The position numbers and the translations under genes are program-made. Source: the human T2T-CHM13v2.0 reference genome, Homo sapiens. Taken from it: DNA of 64,000 nt. Below the pieces are notes generated by a model. That model was not told where the DNA came from, searched no databases, and saw nothing but the letters and a program-made list of their open reading frames with translations. The stretch is taken from the NCBI RefSeq assembly GCF_009914755.1, contig NC_060926.1; one strand, 5' to 3'. Position 1 is the stretch's first letter. Each line of letters opens with the position of its first letter. This document shows, piece after piece, positions 1 through 13,132 of this stretch.

Positions 1-689
1 AGTACATGTGATCATCATGCTCATTTTTCCCAATCTAACCATAGGAAGATTTCTCCAAGCTTCTGCTTTTCATCATTCTGAACCACAAGGGTAGTAGTCA
101 GATGGCAGTGAGACTTAAAGTGCCAGAAGGTGCCTTTTTCTATTTGTTTGTTTCATGGTACACCGCACCAGGCAATGACCTGTGGCAACAATGTCATACA
201 AAACGGAGACAGGTTCACCCAATCAAAGGGAGGTTTAAAATTAATACAGATCCCTTCGTTGCTTCATGCGAGATCTGGGAAGGGCAATTTCAGGGTGCCA
301 TAGGCTTCTTGGTTATCAGTCACATTCACTTAAAAGATATTTTTAAGCTACTTTTGTTATGAAAATTATCCCTTTTTTGTTCCAAATTGCACCATCAACT
401 GAAGCAGGGTAAAGCTCCCTACTAACTTGATATTACCATTCAATCAACTTCCATATTCTGTACTCTAGCAGTAATGTAATATAGTGAAAGGTTGTGATAT
501 ATGGTTTCAATTTGCACCGCAAACTGAGCACTTAACTCATTTATCTTAGTTTACCGTAATATATTGTTATTTTTTAATCATGACACCATGGTACATTTGC
601 CTTTAGTTTGATGTGCTTGATAAAATCAATATTTCATTAAAAGGTTTTTAAAAATTGTTTGTTTCAAACACGGAACCAGACCAATTGGT

Positions 690-1060
690 AGCCAGTTACT
701 TAGCAGCAACCTCTTTCCTGGCTCTTCACGTAAATGTCTCCATGAGCCCCTGCCACCCCCACAAACACCTTCTGTGTGGGATCTTGGTCGGCAGTTACCT
801 CCCTGGCAAATTCACAAGGTCCTTACTCACAATACATGGTTAAGAGGGGCTATAAATAGCAAATTTCAATTTTGACCTTTTCATGATAAATCTGGAAGAG
901 GATGATGAAGGGAGGGTTACTAAGCCTACCCACTTTTTCTTTAAACAATTCAGATAAGATTCTCTGTCCCCATATAGAGAAAGCACCAAGCAACCTGCAT
1001 GAATGTAGGTTTCTTCCTTTAGCTGCCAAGTAACTGAGTTACATTGCACTACAGGTGATC
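690..1060. promoter_or_regulatory. Candidate enhancer/promoter with consensus MEF2 site
   Basis: GCTATAAATAGC at 849-860 matches CTA(A/T)4TAG and is also TATA-like. Nearby: nuclear-receptor half-site TGACCT 873-878, TCACGTAA (CRE/HRE-like) 726-733, E-box CAGGTG 1052-1057. Lies in repeat-poor DNA. Motif evidence only. Confidence 0.35.
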
Positions 1061-4000
1061 TGTGTCAGTGGTAATGATTAGGTTAGCAAAGTGCAGAGAA
1101 CTAAACTTTAAATTGGGCTAAAAAGCCTCAGACTGCAATGGGGAGGAGCCAGCATTTTCAACATTCTGGTGCCCAATCATGAATCTGAATGCTTGTTTTA
1201 ATGTGGCATAGTTTGCAAGTGGAGCTCCTTACAAGAGAAATGTTAACTAATGGCAACCATCCACTTCTTCTTCCCTAGCTTAGGGATGTAAGAAGAAAAA
1301 TGATCATTGGGTTGTCTGGTTAAAGCACACATTACCCATTTTCTTGAAGCTGTTCAGCTCACAGAAATAACACTTTTGCGTGTTTTCTCCTCCATGTTAC
1401 ACATAAAATATATATTTATCACTATAAATCAATATCTAGGTATCTTCACAGGCTACATTATGCCCTGTGGAGATAAATATAGAATATGATAACTGAAGCC
1501 ACTATAATGTCTCTGAATAGATATTTAGCTATTATATAGATACAAGGAATATGATGAAACAGAAATTTATATTTGTAGATTTAAATAAGTTTGTTCTATA
1601 AGAATAAAGAAGAAAATAATCATTGATATCACTATAAATATTTAATTATGTTCATTCTACTTTAAGGTAACAAATTTTATAACTATACAAGAATTGATGA
1701 CTAAGATGAGTACATTGACAACTACGTATAGAGCTTTTCATCAAAAACAATTACAAGTTGAAATGATTAAATCGTTTTTTTTCGGTCATAATTAGATGGA
1801 GCAGGATTTATAAGGGCAGGTATACATAATACTTTATTAGCCAATAGCATCTAAAGACCTATAGCTTTTCTTTAATACCATCATATTGTATATTACCTAA
1901 AATCTGGAATAAATTAGTCATTCTATCTATAAGAAATATTCATGACAGTTCACAGCTAAGCCAGATAGGATATGATCAATAAAAAGCCTACTAGTCTTTA
2001 GTACTTATGTCCTCCCCATGAATCTTAACCAAAAGAAGTAATAAATAAGTGGCACATATGAATAGTACCTTTAAATAAGCAAGTGAGCCTTCTTCAAGCA
2101 ACAAGCAACATTTTCTGGATATCAAAAATAATAACTGGTTTTGCAGCAATGCAGCATGGAAACACAAGGGTATAAGATATACTGTACTTTAAGCTCTGTT
2201 TGATGAATCTGAGCACAGTTCCTGGGGGATAGATTACTTTAAACCATGCTCTTTTACTTTCTAATCCTGACTTGATTTGATTTGTACTTTAATACAGCTG
2301 CCTGGCAATTCAACAGCAAATAGAGACTATTTATGTAATCAGATTGTAAGTAGTGGGACAAGAAGAAACTCTCTAGAACCTTTTTGGAAAATAGTTTGTT
2401 GTACTTTTTATTTATTGAACAGCAGGGCTCCGGGCTTTCCAGTGCTCATTATAATTGGTTTTCTGCTTGAACTTTCAAAAACTGTCATGTCAATACTCAA
2501 ACAGAATTTTTTTGCTTACTATATGGCTATGGGCTCTATTTTCTCATGTGCAACTTGACAAAGTTCTTGTAATACCTTAGAGGCAAAGTTCTAGAGTTTC
2601 TTTTGCTATTTAAGAACACTGGGAATCAGAGGTCTTTAGTGTATTCCACACTTGTGTTCTCCTTTTGCAATTAAATGCCTTAAACTAAGATATTGTTTCC
2701 TTTTATGACTACCCCTGCCTATTCATAAGCCTCTACTATTCTGTGGGAGGAGTTTGCTTCTGTCATACCATCCAACAATATGCTCTTAATTCCACTTATA
2801 AGAAAGATGATTTTTCCACCAATATGTTTATAATCATATTTATATTCCAATTGCTATTTGACAAAGAATTCCCCCTTTCTCTAAAGGTTTATTTCCTATA
2901 CCACTACCAAAAGTACAAATGTGAATTTTATATTCCTCAACCCTTTCCTCTCAGGAACCCTAAAAATCCAACCAACCACTTATGCACAACAAGAACCTCA
3001 AATGGATTTAAGACAAAGTAAAACATTTGTCCAAAATGGAAATGAATTACTAAAGTCTAGCCCTAGAATAACCTGTTTTGAGTAATATTAATATTTACAT
3101 TTTCAAAGAAGTTAGCCCTATCATATTCTATTTTTTAACTAGCTAGAGATCACTTTTGCATTGTATGATTATAATAATTTTCTATGTGGCCAGGACAGAG
3201 ATAGTTTTAAGGAAAAAGATTTGTGGTAGAAATTATGCTCTATATTTCATTTTATTTCCTATTTTTTATTTCTACCTGTTTAATCATCTCTTAGGAACTA
3301 TACAAAGTGTGAATATTTTCTCTATACGTTAAAATCACACTACTTAAAATAAATTTTAAAAGACCATTAAATAACTTCAAAATTTTAATAACAACTGTTA
3401 AGGTATAACAGCAGCCTTTCCTTCAACTGGACAATAGAGTATATAGATTCTATGGAATTTAGATAAAAGTTGACCTATTTCAATTTTGTTATTGGTTATT
3501 TAGTTGTTCTTCTTTAAAGATTATTAAAGGATGACATTGTTCTATTAAACTAAAACCTTGCATTTGATTTAGTTCCATTTCACTACCATCCTAATTTTGT
3601 TGTGGTGGTGGTTAAAACTGTAATTATAAAGTTGAAACCATTTTCTCTCAAAACCAACCCAGGTGCTGTATTTTCCAAATCCAAGTGTTCACTGACAAAG
3701 CAGCCATCCAGAAGCACAAGCTTGACTTTAAATTCAATCAAAGGAATGCATCTGAAAAAAAAATATGCATCATTGAAATGTTGTAGCTGCTGATCAAATT
3801 TACAATCATATTCTCAAGTACGATGCTTATGAAACTGGCTCGATGATACAAGCTGCAAGTTACTTTTAGAGCACATTTGTGCTCTTTTAACACTTGCTTG
3901 GAAAAAAAAGTCGGCACCTCCAGGGCTAGGTAGATCCTTATGCAATACGGAATGCAGTATATAGGTTCTGTCTATTACCGTGCATTTAGAACTTTTAATA

Positions 4001-5159
4001 TTCAGCATCCAGAAAATGATTTCCAAAACATTGGTGGGAATGAGGGTGTAACTAAAAATAAAAAGATAGTGCAACATAATGAGAATGTGAATAGAAATGA
4101 AAAATATTTTAGATGTTCAAGAAAGAAAAAATATCTGACAATGCTGACTCGAAACAATAATATAAGTGGAGGCTCTTGCTGGACTCTATTATTTATATCA
4201 AATATTTAACTGGAGTGGATTTGTACATTTATACAATCATATCTGTGAAGATAGTCATGTTTAACCACAGTATGACTTACAGCTTGATCCTGGAAATATA
4301 AGTTTGCCATGCTATAGTACAGGTTTAAGGTGACCATCAGAATCAAATAAAAATATGAAATCCATTAAATTCTTAGAGTAAAACTCATTCTCTGGATCTC
4401 AAATAGCTAACTGCTTGTGTTTGGCAGCTTTTTGCTTTCATAATTTTATGTCTATGCTGTTCTTTGTGTGAGTAAATATAAAATTTCTGTTATATGCAAA
4501 CTAAAAAATCTATCTAAATTTTCTGGAAAAAAATACATTGAAAGATATATGTACATATGTATACATATATATCCATTTATACATACATCAACTAACAAAT
4601 CTGTTTTGCTGATTAGAAGAAAAAAATCATTTTATGTTTTTCTTATGGAATATGCTTATCTATTTTAAGGAGCTGTATTATGGTATTATCTATTCTATTA
4701 TCTATTGTGTTATCAGACTGAGGGTACAGACTAGTGTGTTTGTTTCATCACATAAAACAACTGGCTAAAATTTACTGCCCCTGTACACTAAACTCAGAAG
4801 ACAGATCTGATTCTGTGGCTTTAGCTCCCAAAACTGCATCAAGGCTACTCTTTTAGTCAACTTGAAAATTTATATACTATACGCTAACCCTCCTTTAATA
4901 TCCTCACTCTCTTTCCTCTGGGCATTTATTGCTGTTCTTTCTAGTTCAGTAACCAGTGAGCAGAAGGTTCATTAAAACTAATTGAATTGGAAACTTGTCT
5001 GCCCTGGGAAATGTTAACTCTTTGTTGTTATCTGTAGGAAATTCCTTTTGTTATGTTCCTTTGAATTGAATTATTGGATCTTAATGTTACAAACACTGTG
5101 TTAAAAGCAATTTCCATCTTTCTTATGGTCTAGACAGCAAGTTTCAGAAAAATGTCCTT

Positions 5160-5265
5160 ATATCGAATCAAATTTTACCAAAATAAAGCAGTATTTTATT
5201 CAATGACGTAAACGGCAATATCGCACAGTGTTCAAAAACCGGAACGATGTTGCCCTGTTAACTCT
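5160..5265. promoter_or_regulatory. Small CpG cluster with CRE, MYB-like, ETS-core and RFX-like motifs (candidate promoter)
   Basis: Six CpGs in about 90 bp within CpG-poor surroundings. ATGACGTAA, AAACGG, ACCGGAA and GTTGCCCTGTTAAC occur in succession. Confidence 0.35.
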
Positions 5266-5873
5266 TATAGTGCTTCTAGTCACTGCTACACTGACTGGAA
5301 ATTTAAAAAAAGAAGAGATTTCTATTATGGCTCATTTTCACTTGGTAAAACACATAACACAACTGCAGGTTAGCAAGTCAATGTTGGTGAAATATGGTTT
5401 ATCAAAAAACATTAACCCCACCATTGCAGCCATTCTACCCATTTGAACAAATGTCAAAATGAAAAGATTATAATTATTCTTAATGATGTAGGGACCCTCA
5501 TTTTAGCTTGTCATTTGTAATCATTTGGAAATTGTGCTGAAAAATACATTTGAAATAAGGATTTAAGAGGCTGTGAGTTTTGGAATTGTTTAGAGCAGGG
5601 AAATATTGACAAAATTGGGAACATTTGATAATAGTCACAGTAGTAGTTTTTTGCCAGCTTTAAAAATCAATTGAAAATAACAGGCAACCCACTGTTGCTA
5701 ATAAAAGTAAATATTTATGACTGATTTGACTGTGCTTCAATACCAGTCAATCACTTTCTAAAGGATCTTTGCAATTCATTAACCTCTTTTTACTGGTCTT
5801 GTCCCTGTTGGTATTAGCCATTAAAAAAGAATAAGGGAGAGGGTTTTGATTTTTCTGTTCTCATCATTCACAG

Positions 5874-5994
5874 CTTATTTGTTCTTTCCCTTCATTCCCA
5901 TACATCGCCACTAAATTGATTGTCTGTTTAGTCATATGAATGATAAAGTAGCAGTGCCAGCAAGATTGAAAGCCTCCATTAATTTCTGAGGAAG
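5874..5994 (+). ncRNA. Candidate spliced exon (121 nt) of a probably non-coding transcript
   Basis: Pyrimidine-rich acceptor ttttctgttctcatcattcacag| and consensus donor AAG|GTGAGT. Confidence 0.35.
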
Positions 5995-6764
5995 GTGAGT
6001 TCCTCCGCTTCAACCACAACCTACAACAAAGATACTTCTCATACTGTCTTCCATCACTAGTAATTCTTCTTGTGATAGAGTCCACATAACTGTGCGACTT
6101 CCCTTTTAAACCTCTCCCTGGGTGAACTTTAAGAAAATAGATATTTATTAATATCATCTCAAAATTATCTGCCTTTCCATGCTTCCAGACTGGCCACAAT
6201 CTTCATGCACAAAAGAACAGCCAAAAGTTTTTATTTAAAAGACATTGAAAACAATGCTTATTATGTTTTTTCATAATATGTTACAAAATTTCACTCATTC
6301 AGTAATCAGCCCACTCAAAGGTAAATCTTTCATGCAGTGAGAGACATCATCTTTTATTAAAAGAGCTTTGTAGAGAACTTCTATAACACAGTTTTAGATT
6401 TCTGAGACCCGTGTTTAAAAATAAAAGCACTACACCTTACTGGTGTTTCTTTTTTACTTCTTAAAATATTCATAAAATCATAACCATCTAAAATTATCTA
6501 CAGCAACTGTGTTTCCTTACAGAGGTAGTCTGTGATGTATTACAGTGGTACTTTAAGTTGCTTTAATTGCCGTTGTAAGTACATATTTTGTCACTGAATA
6601 ACAGACTGAACAGACGTGTAAAACCTGCATAACTTACCAGTGTGTGTAAGTTAAAGCCACCTCTAGGCAGACTTAAATTATAACCCTCTATGGAGATGGA
6701 TTTTTTTAACTCTTTCAATGGTACATGTGTTTTATTTCTCCCATATTCTCATGTTTATAATAAG

Positions 6765-7018
6765 AGGTAACATTTATTGAGCTATAAAGGCTTGCTGTAT
6801 AGTAGGCACTGTGTTTTTAAAAGAAAGAAATTCTAACATAAATTGTCTTATTTAATCATCTCATTGACTCTATGGGAGAAGTCCTATTATAACTGCAATT
6901 TCTCAAATGAGGAAACTGAGGCTGCAAGAGGTTAAATAATGTGTCCAAGATCACACTCATGTTAAGCAGTAAAAACTGAATTTGCACAACAGTCTGAAGC
7001 CAGAGCCCATGTTCTCAA
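6765..7018 (-). mobile_element. MIR SINE
   Basis: Core aaatgaggaaactgaggctgcaagaggttaaataatgtgtccaagatcacac and catttattgagc end. Confidence 0.85.
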
Positions 7019-7069
7019 TGCATTACCTCAGCTCTGTTGGCTCATCCAGCACAGTCTACCTTGTGAGAA

Positions 7070-7205
7070 ATACTTGTAAATTGGCCTGTCTATTCCTCAC
7101 CCCAGATTATAACATCCCACAAGGGCCGAGGCATCATATTCCCCTCCTTTGAACCCCAATTATGCCTTAGCTTGACACTTTGCATACAGTGAGTGTCTTT
7201 TTTAA
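7070..7205 (+). mobile_element. L2 3' end fragment
   Basis: cagattataacatcccacaagggccgaggcatcatatt resembles the L2 3' terminus. Confidence 0.45.
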
Positions 7206-10200
7206 TTGCCAGAGCATGCGTACTACACAGGGACAAATTCTAACAATTTAGATTTCTTCAGTTTCTTCCTTTGTAATGGCTCCAGGCACTATCCAAAAAA
7301 ACAGTAGTACAGAGGCTAGTTTCAAACACAACTCCCCATGTACACACACACAAACACAAAGACGGCACAGGAGGGAAGTGATGAATGTGGCACAGACAAC
7401 AGTAAGGAAATACCAGCAATTTGAAGCCCTGTCCCTGAATCCTACTCCTGTTGCCTTCATATCGAGAGTTCCAAGTGTTGGCCTGCAGTTAAGTTCTGAG
7501 CTAAAGGTACTAGTGTCTCTTCATAAAAAGTAAAAAGTCTAAGATATTGTTTCATCTACACTGGTATCTTGGACTACCATTCAGACCCAGATTCTGAGAG
7601 CCTCATTATCAGCCTTTCTATAAAGGGTCAGCGTGTTGAAATGAGTTAGAAATGGGACCATGTCCAGTTTTTCTAATCGTAGGTGGTAGACTTCAGTTCT
7701 TGGCAGTCCCAGGTTTGGAAATCTCTTTTCCATGGATCGATATTTAAATTCCCCTTAGTAGAGAAGACTAATCTTCTGTTGTTCTCAACAATGGATGCAC
7801 ATAGGACCTTGTCTTTTTGTGGTTCCAATAGAGTTGCAAGTTCTCACGTGCAGCAGCTTATTCACAGTTTTGGACCTAGCATAGGATCCATACACATTAT
7901 AAGATACTGGAGAAAAAGATGACCGCAGGGAGAGTAACATGAATATCAGTAACACAAGCATATCCCACTAGTGGGAGCAATGGAAAGAGGGGAGATTCTT
8001 TCTTCACAGATAATTGATCTACAGTTCATGGCTTTTGACAGGCTTTCTTTTTTTTCTCATTGTATGCACTTATTTTTTCAAATATTATTTGTTCCATAAC
8101 AAAGAAATATTACTTCCTTAGAGACAGGTTTTGAAAATGGGTACTGAATTTCTCAAAGGATGAAAATGACGGAGGGAGGCACAGCAAGAAGAAAAAGGTT
8201 CTGCCCTTGTAGTTTCATCTTCTAAACCATGGTGCTTGGGAAAGAGAAGAGTGCGCTAAGAGGAATACAACAAAGGCAAGAGATCTGAAAATTCTGGTTC
8301 TGAATTAGGGCCTATAATAATAACCAATTGCTTATATGCCATTTTCTTTTTTTAGAAAAAGAGTATCAAAAATGACTGTAAAACAATCATTAAATTATAA
8401 AGAATCATATACACTGCTGACAAATTTATTATTTCCTATATAGTTAAATTATTATTTCTCATTAAGAATGTGTTTTTAATTATTTATAGAAAATATTTTG
8501 ATGTTTATTTTAAGAAAATTAATATTTGACACCTAAAGGAAGGTGTAACAAGCTTACAAAAGCTATACCTACTAATATTTTATTGGGAAATATATTCATA
8601 GCTGCACAATTTATCTAAAATGTTAATTTTTTCCAAACTAGAAATCAATCGTAACTCTCTATTTGACAAAGTTCACAAAGTAAACTTGAGGAGAGTAATT
8701 CAGCAGGTAGCAAAATCTTTGCATTAGGGACAAAGACAAAGGGAAAGAAAGCCCAAAGCAGTGATGCAAATATATTGGTGACAAAAGATTTCATTAAGGT
8801 TGCCTATTCATATGATTTCCTGTGTTAATGGCTATACAGAAAAGCTGGAGTTCCTTGGCAAGTTCAAACACCCTGAGAACAGTTTTGCATCACGTAGGAT
8901 TACAAAAATTGTTGAGGTCATGGTAACAGCTGCCTTGAGCAAGATTTCTAACACTTCAGGGTTCCTAGGCCAGATGCTTCTGCCTTCTTGACCCCAAGAA
9001 CACTATCCACATGCTTCTCTCAAGAAGCAAGTAACCTTGATTTTCACACGAGTCCACTTACACTTACCTTCATGCTCTACAGTATTTGAATCACTAAAGT
9101 CTCATTAATGTTGGCTTGCAAACTGATTATGTACTTAGCCTTTCTTTTTAGATGCTTTTCCCTTTAAGTGGACGTTGATTATTTTCACAGCTTAAAATTG
9201 TTTTCAAAATAGTAGCAAATTACTCTTATATTCCAAAAGCTTTTTGTTAAGAAGTTTAAATAATGAATGATAGGTGATGATTTATATATTCAGAGATATT
9301 TAAATTATTTTAAAACACACTTGCATTGACACTTGAATATCTGAAAATGATAGGTGGTACCAAATTGCAATGTTTCTGACCTACATGGGAAACCAATTAA
9401 TAATGATTCTTCCAACAACAGTAACTCTGAGGTCTTATATTGAAATCACCAAGAGGATTTAACAGCATATCCTTACGGAAGTCATCTAATCTCTTTAGAT
9501 CTTAGTATTCTGCTCTGGAAATGAAAAGGTTGAATGATTTGATCTCTAAATCCCTAACAATCTCAACCATTTTGACATAAGTTTCCAGGGAGAAGGAAGG
9601 AAGACGACTTGAGCTACCAAGTGGGCAGGTAAAAAGGGAAGATTGGAAAGGTCACGGATGACAAAATTCATATTTGGTGCTAAGACTTGGCCTGGTAAGC
9701 AGTGCTGAGAACCGGTAAATGTTCTGAGCTTATCTTCAAGATTAGGAGACAGAGTCAATCAAAAGGATTAATTTTTGTAAGTTTGAAGGCCCCTAAAGAG
9801 AGGCAGGAAATTCAACTCACTGATCTCGAGACTCCCTGTTGCCCTGTGATGGTATCTGTCTCAAATGAGGGGCCAATTCCGACCTTTTGTAGGGGAATCT
9901 TCCCTGCATGCTTCTCTCCTATATCCAGACCTTTGAATTTCAGGAGAAAAGGGGCCTCTGGCCTTAAACGGGCCACCTTGAGAGTCCAGTCACAAATTTC
10001 TGCAGCATACAGCAACTTCTCACACAAAGAGTAAGCCCCTCGATTATGCCTCTTTACACATGGCAAAGGCAAACTTAGTTTGAAATTTTTACAAAAAAGT
10101 AAATGGAATCTTACTTCTTCTTAATCCCTCTTATCCCTTTCAACTAATAATACAGAAGCAAATAACTTGGAGTTTGTGAAATTCGCTCAGGAAGTAATAG

Positions 10201-10599
10201 AAATACAATAACTCATCAATCCTTTCATAGACACATTGGAGAAATATGTATGACCTTTGACGCCTGGGAAGATTTTTGTCAAAGGCAAGGTCATCTAGAA
10301 TTTTTCTCTTAAATGTATTTCATAAAGGTAATCTTGTTCTCCCATCCCTCCCCTTAACCCGTCAGAGACTTTGCTATTTGGATCATCTTTCTCAAGTGTT
10401 TATCTCTTCCTTCGAGTTCCTAGAGAGGAAAGTATAGACACTGCAATAAAGATTCATGTTCAAGAGATTACTTCTTTAATAGACTTTGATGGGTTCTAGA
10501 TTAATTACAAAGTTTTTTTTCATATTCTCTGTTACTGGGAATAATTATCGATATTATTTAAATATGAAGGTTGGAAAAATTCTAAAGCATCATAAATTG

Positions 10600-10705
10600 T
10601 AACCCTCAATTTCACATGAAGAGACTGAAGCTCAGAGAAGTTAACTGACATCCAAGGTTGTTAATGACAAATGATTTAATCTGTTGACTCCCAGTCTAGT
10701 GCCAT
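10600..10705 (-). mobile_element. MIR fragment
   Basis: atgaagagactgaagctcagagaagttaactgacatccaagg is a MIR core. Confidence 0.7.
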
Positions 10706-11414
10706 TTCAATACAATAAAATGCCCACTTTAGATAAAATCATGGATTGTGAAAGCTAATTTGGATTTTGCAGGTGAACTATACCATGCTCCTCCTCTCCA
10801 GTAAGGAAGCTAAGGACTCGCTAGTGCCCAGTTTCCCTAGGAGCCCTCGTTCTCTTCCCCAGGCAAGACCCACCTAATTGAATGAGGAGATAAAGACCTT
10901 GAGTAGAAAAGGACATGTGAACTCAAGATGACCAAAGGAGACTTGCCTCATAATCTATATTAGGCCTAACGTTCCAGAAATGCATCTCCCTTTAGAGTAC
11001 CTTCACTTTTAAAAGGGAATTTAATTGTGGGAATTCAAGCACAATATGGACCAATGAGGTAAAGATCTTTGAGATAAGTGATGCCTTAAGGTCTTCAAAC
11101 CAGTTCATTTAAACCAGAACTTGCTCCATCTCTGTGTAAGGCCTCCCTGTGCACAATCACAACCATTTTCCCAACCCTGAGGGATGACAAAAAACAAGTC
11201 AGTATTGTCAGTGCTAATACATGAATCATGACTGCCTGCAAGTAAATGGCTAAAGACAAAACAGAATTCTTATTAGGCTATAGTAAATGCTTCCAAAGTG
11301 GAAAAATGATCTGTAGTATACAAGTGATTGTTATTCATACTTTCAGTTCAGTTTTCTCATTTTTCCTTTTGTGGCTGGTGTTACTTTCCTTCATTTGTTG
11401 AGGCAAGAAATATA

Positions 11415-11760
11415 CATTTATTATCCATACTTCATTAAGTTCAGTGGTAGGTCCTGGAATACAACTTTGAATGAGACAGACATGATTCCTGACATATTTG
11501 TTATTATAGAAAGAGGTATTTCAGGGTGATGAGAAAGCATATTACAAGAGGATACAACTACTAAAGATTCAAAGAAGACCTCTCTGAAGAAGTAAAATTT
11601 AAACTGAAACTTAGAAAGAATTCATCAGAGTTAGCAAGTCGCCAAGCAGGAGGAAAAGTGTCCTTAGGAAATGGAACAGCATATGCAGGAGACTAGAGGC
11701 AAAAGGAAACATGGCATGTTAAAGGAACAAAAAAAGATCAGTATGATTGAAACAGCTAGA
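11415..11760 (-). mobile_element. L2 fragment, adjoining the L1 insertion
   Basis: Purine-rich antisense L2-like sequence: aatgagacagacatgattcctg...gaagacctctctgaagaagtaaaatttaaactgaaac. Confidence 0.55.
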
Positions 11761-11763
11761 GTA

Positions 11764-12352
11764 TTGGCTGTCTGCATGTCTTCTTTTGAAAAGTGTCTGT
11801 TCATGTCCTTTGCCCACTTTCAAATATGGTTGTTGTTTTTTTCCTGTACGTTTGTTCAAGTTCCTCATAGATGTTGGATATTAGACCTTTGTTGGATGCA
11901 TAGTTTGTAAAATTTTTTCCCATTCTGTAGATTGTCTGTTTACTCTGTTGATAGTTTCTTTTGCTTACAGAAGCTCCTTAGTTTAATTATATCCCATTTG
12001 TCCATTTTTGCTTTTGCTGCAATTGCTTTTGGTGTCTTTGTCATGAAACCTTTGCCCATGTCTATGTCCTGAATGGTATTAACTACATTGTCTTCCAGGG
12101 TTTTTATAGTTTTGGGTTTTATATTTAAGTCTTTAATTCATTTTGAGTTAATTTTTGCATATGGTATAAAGAAGGGATCCAGTTTCAAACTTCTGCATAC
12201 GGCTAACCAGTTATCCCAGCACCATTTATGGAACACAAAATTGCCAGTTTTTGTCAGATTTGCTGAAGATCAGATAGTTGTAGGTGTGTGGTCTTATTTC
12301 TGGGTTCTCTATTCTGTTCCATTGGTCTATGTATCTGTTTTTGTACCAGTAC
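11764..12352 (-). mobile_element. L1 (L1PA13-16-like), inverted 5' segment of a twin-primed insertion (ORF2 C-terminal region)
   Basis: Antisense ORF2 sequence tcttttgaaaagtgtctgttcatgtcctttgcccacttt...ttgtaccagtac. Confidence 0.9.
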
Positions 12353-13132
12353 AATGCAGCCAACAATCATATGAAAAAAAGCTCAACATCACTGATTAGA
12401 GAAATGCAAATCAAAACCACAATGCAATACCATCTAACACCAGTCAGAATGGCTATTACTAAAAAGTCAAAAAATAACAGATACTGGTGAGGTTATGGAG
12501 GAAAAGGAATGCTTACACACTGTTAGTGGCAGTGTAAATTAGTTCGGCCATTGTGGAAGGCAGTGTGGCAATTCCTCAAAGACCTAAAGACAGAAATACC
12601 ATTCGACCCACAATACCATTACTGGGTATATACCCAAAGAAATATAAATCATTCTACCATAAGGACACATGCATGCATATGTTCATTACAGCACTTCACA
12701 ATAGCAAAGATATGGAATCAACCTAAATGCCCATCAATTATATGCTGGATAAAGAAAATGTGCTACAGATACACCATGGAATACTATGCAGCCCTAAAAT
12801 AGAATGAGATCATGTCCTTTGCAGGGACCTGGATGGAGCTGGAGGCCATTATCCTTAGAAAACTAATGCAGGAACAGAAAACCAAATACCTCATGTCCTC
12901 ACTTATAAGTGAGAGCTAAATGATGAGAACACATGGACACACAGAGGGGAACAACACACACTGGGACCTCTTGGAGGGTGGGAGAAGGGAGAAGATCAGG
13001 AAAAATAACTCACGCATACTAGGCTTAATACCTGGATAATGAAATAAACTGTACAATAAACCCCCATGACACAAGTTTACCTACGTAACAAACCTGCACA
13101 TGTACCCCTGAATTTAAAAGTTAAAAAAAAAA
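12353..13132 (+). mobile_element. L1 (L1PA13-16-like), sense 3' segment with 3'UTR and A-tail
   Basis: ORF2 end ([19 protein letters not shown]), then 3'UTR ...gacacaagtttacctacgtaacaaacctgcacatgtacccctgaa and poly(A). Confidence 0.92.

Noticed and set aside
5190-5296. Minus-strand terminal exon (tttccag| acceptor with AATAAA at about 5195-5200)
   Set aside because: Possible, but AATAAA is common at this base composition and no upstream exon links convincingly. The promoter-motif reading explains the CpGs better.
1-6000. Assignment to a named muscle-related locus (MEF2C, PPARGC1A alternative promoter, MSTN)
   Set aside because: I could not match any exon or promoter sequence I recall from these genes. 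A BLAT search is needed.
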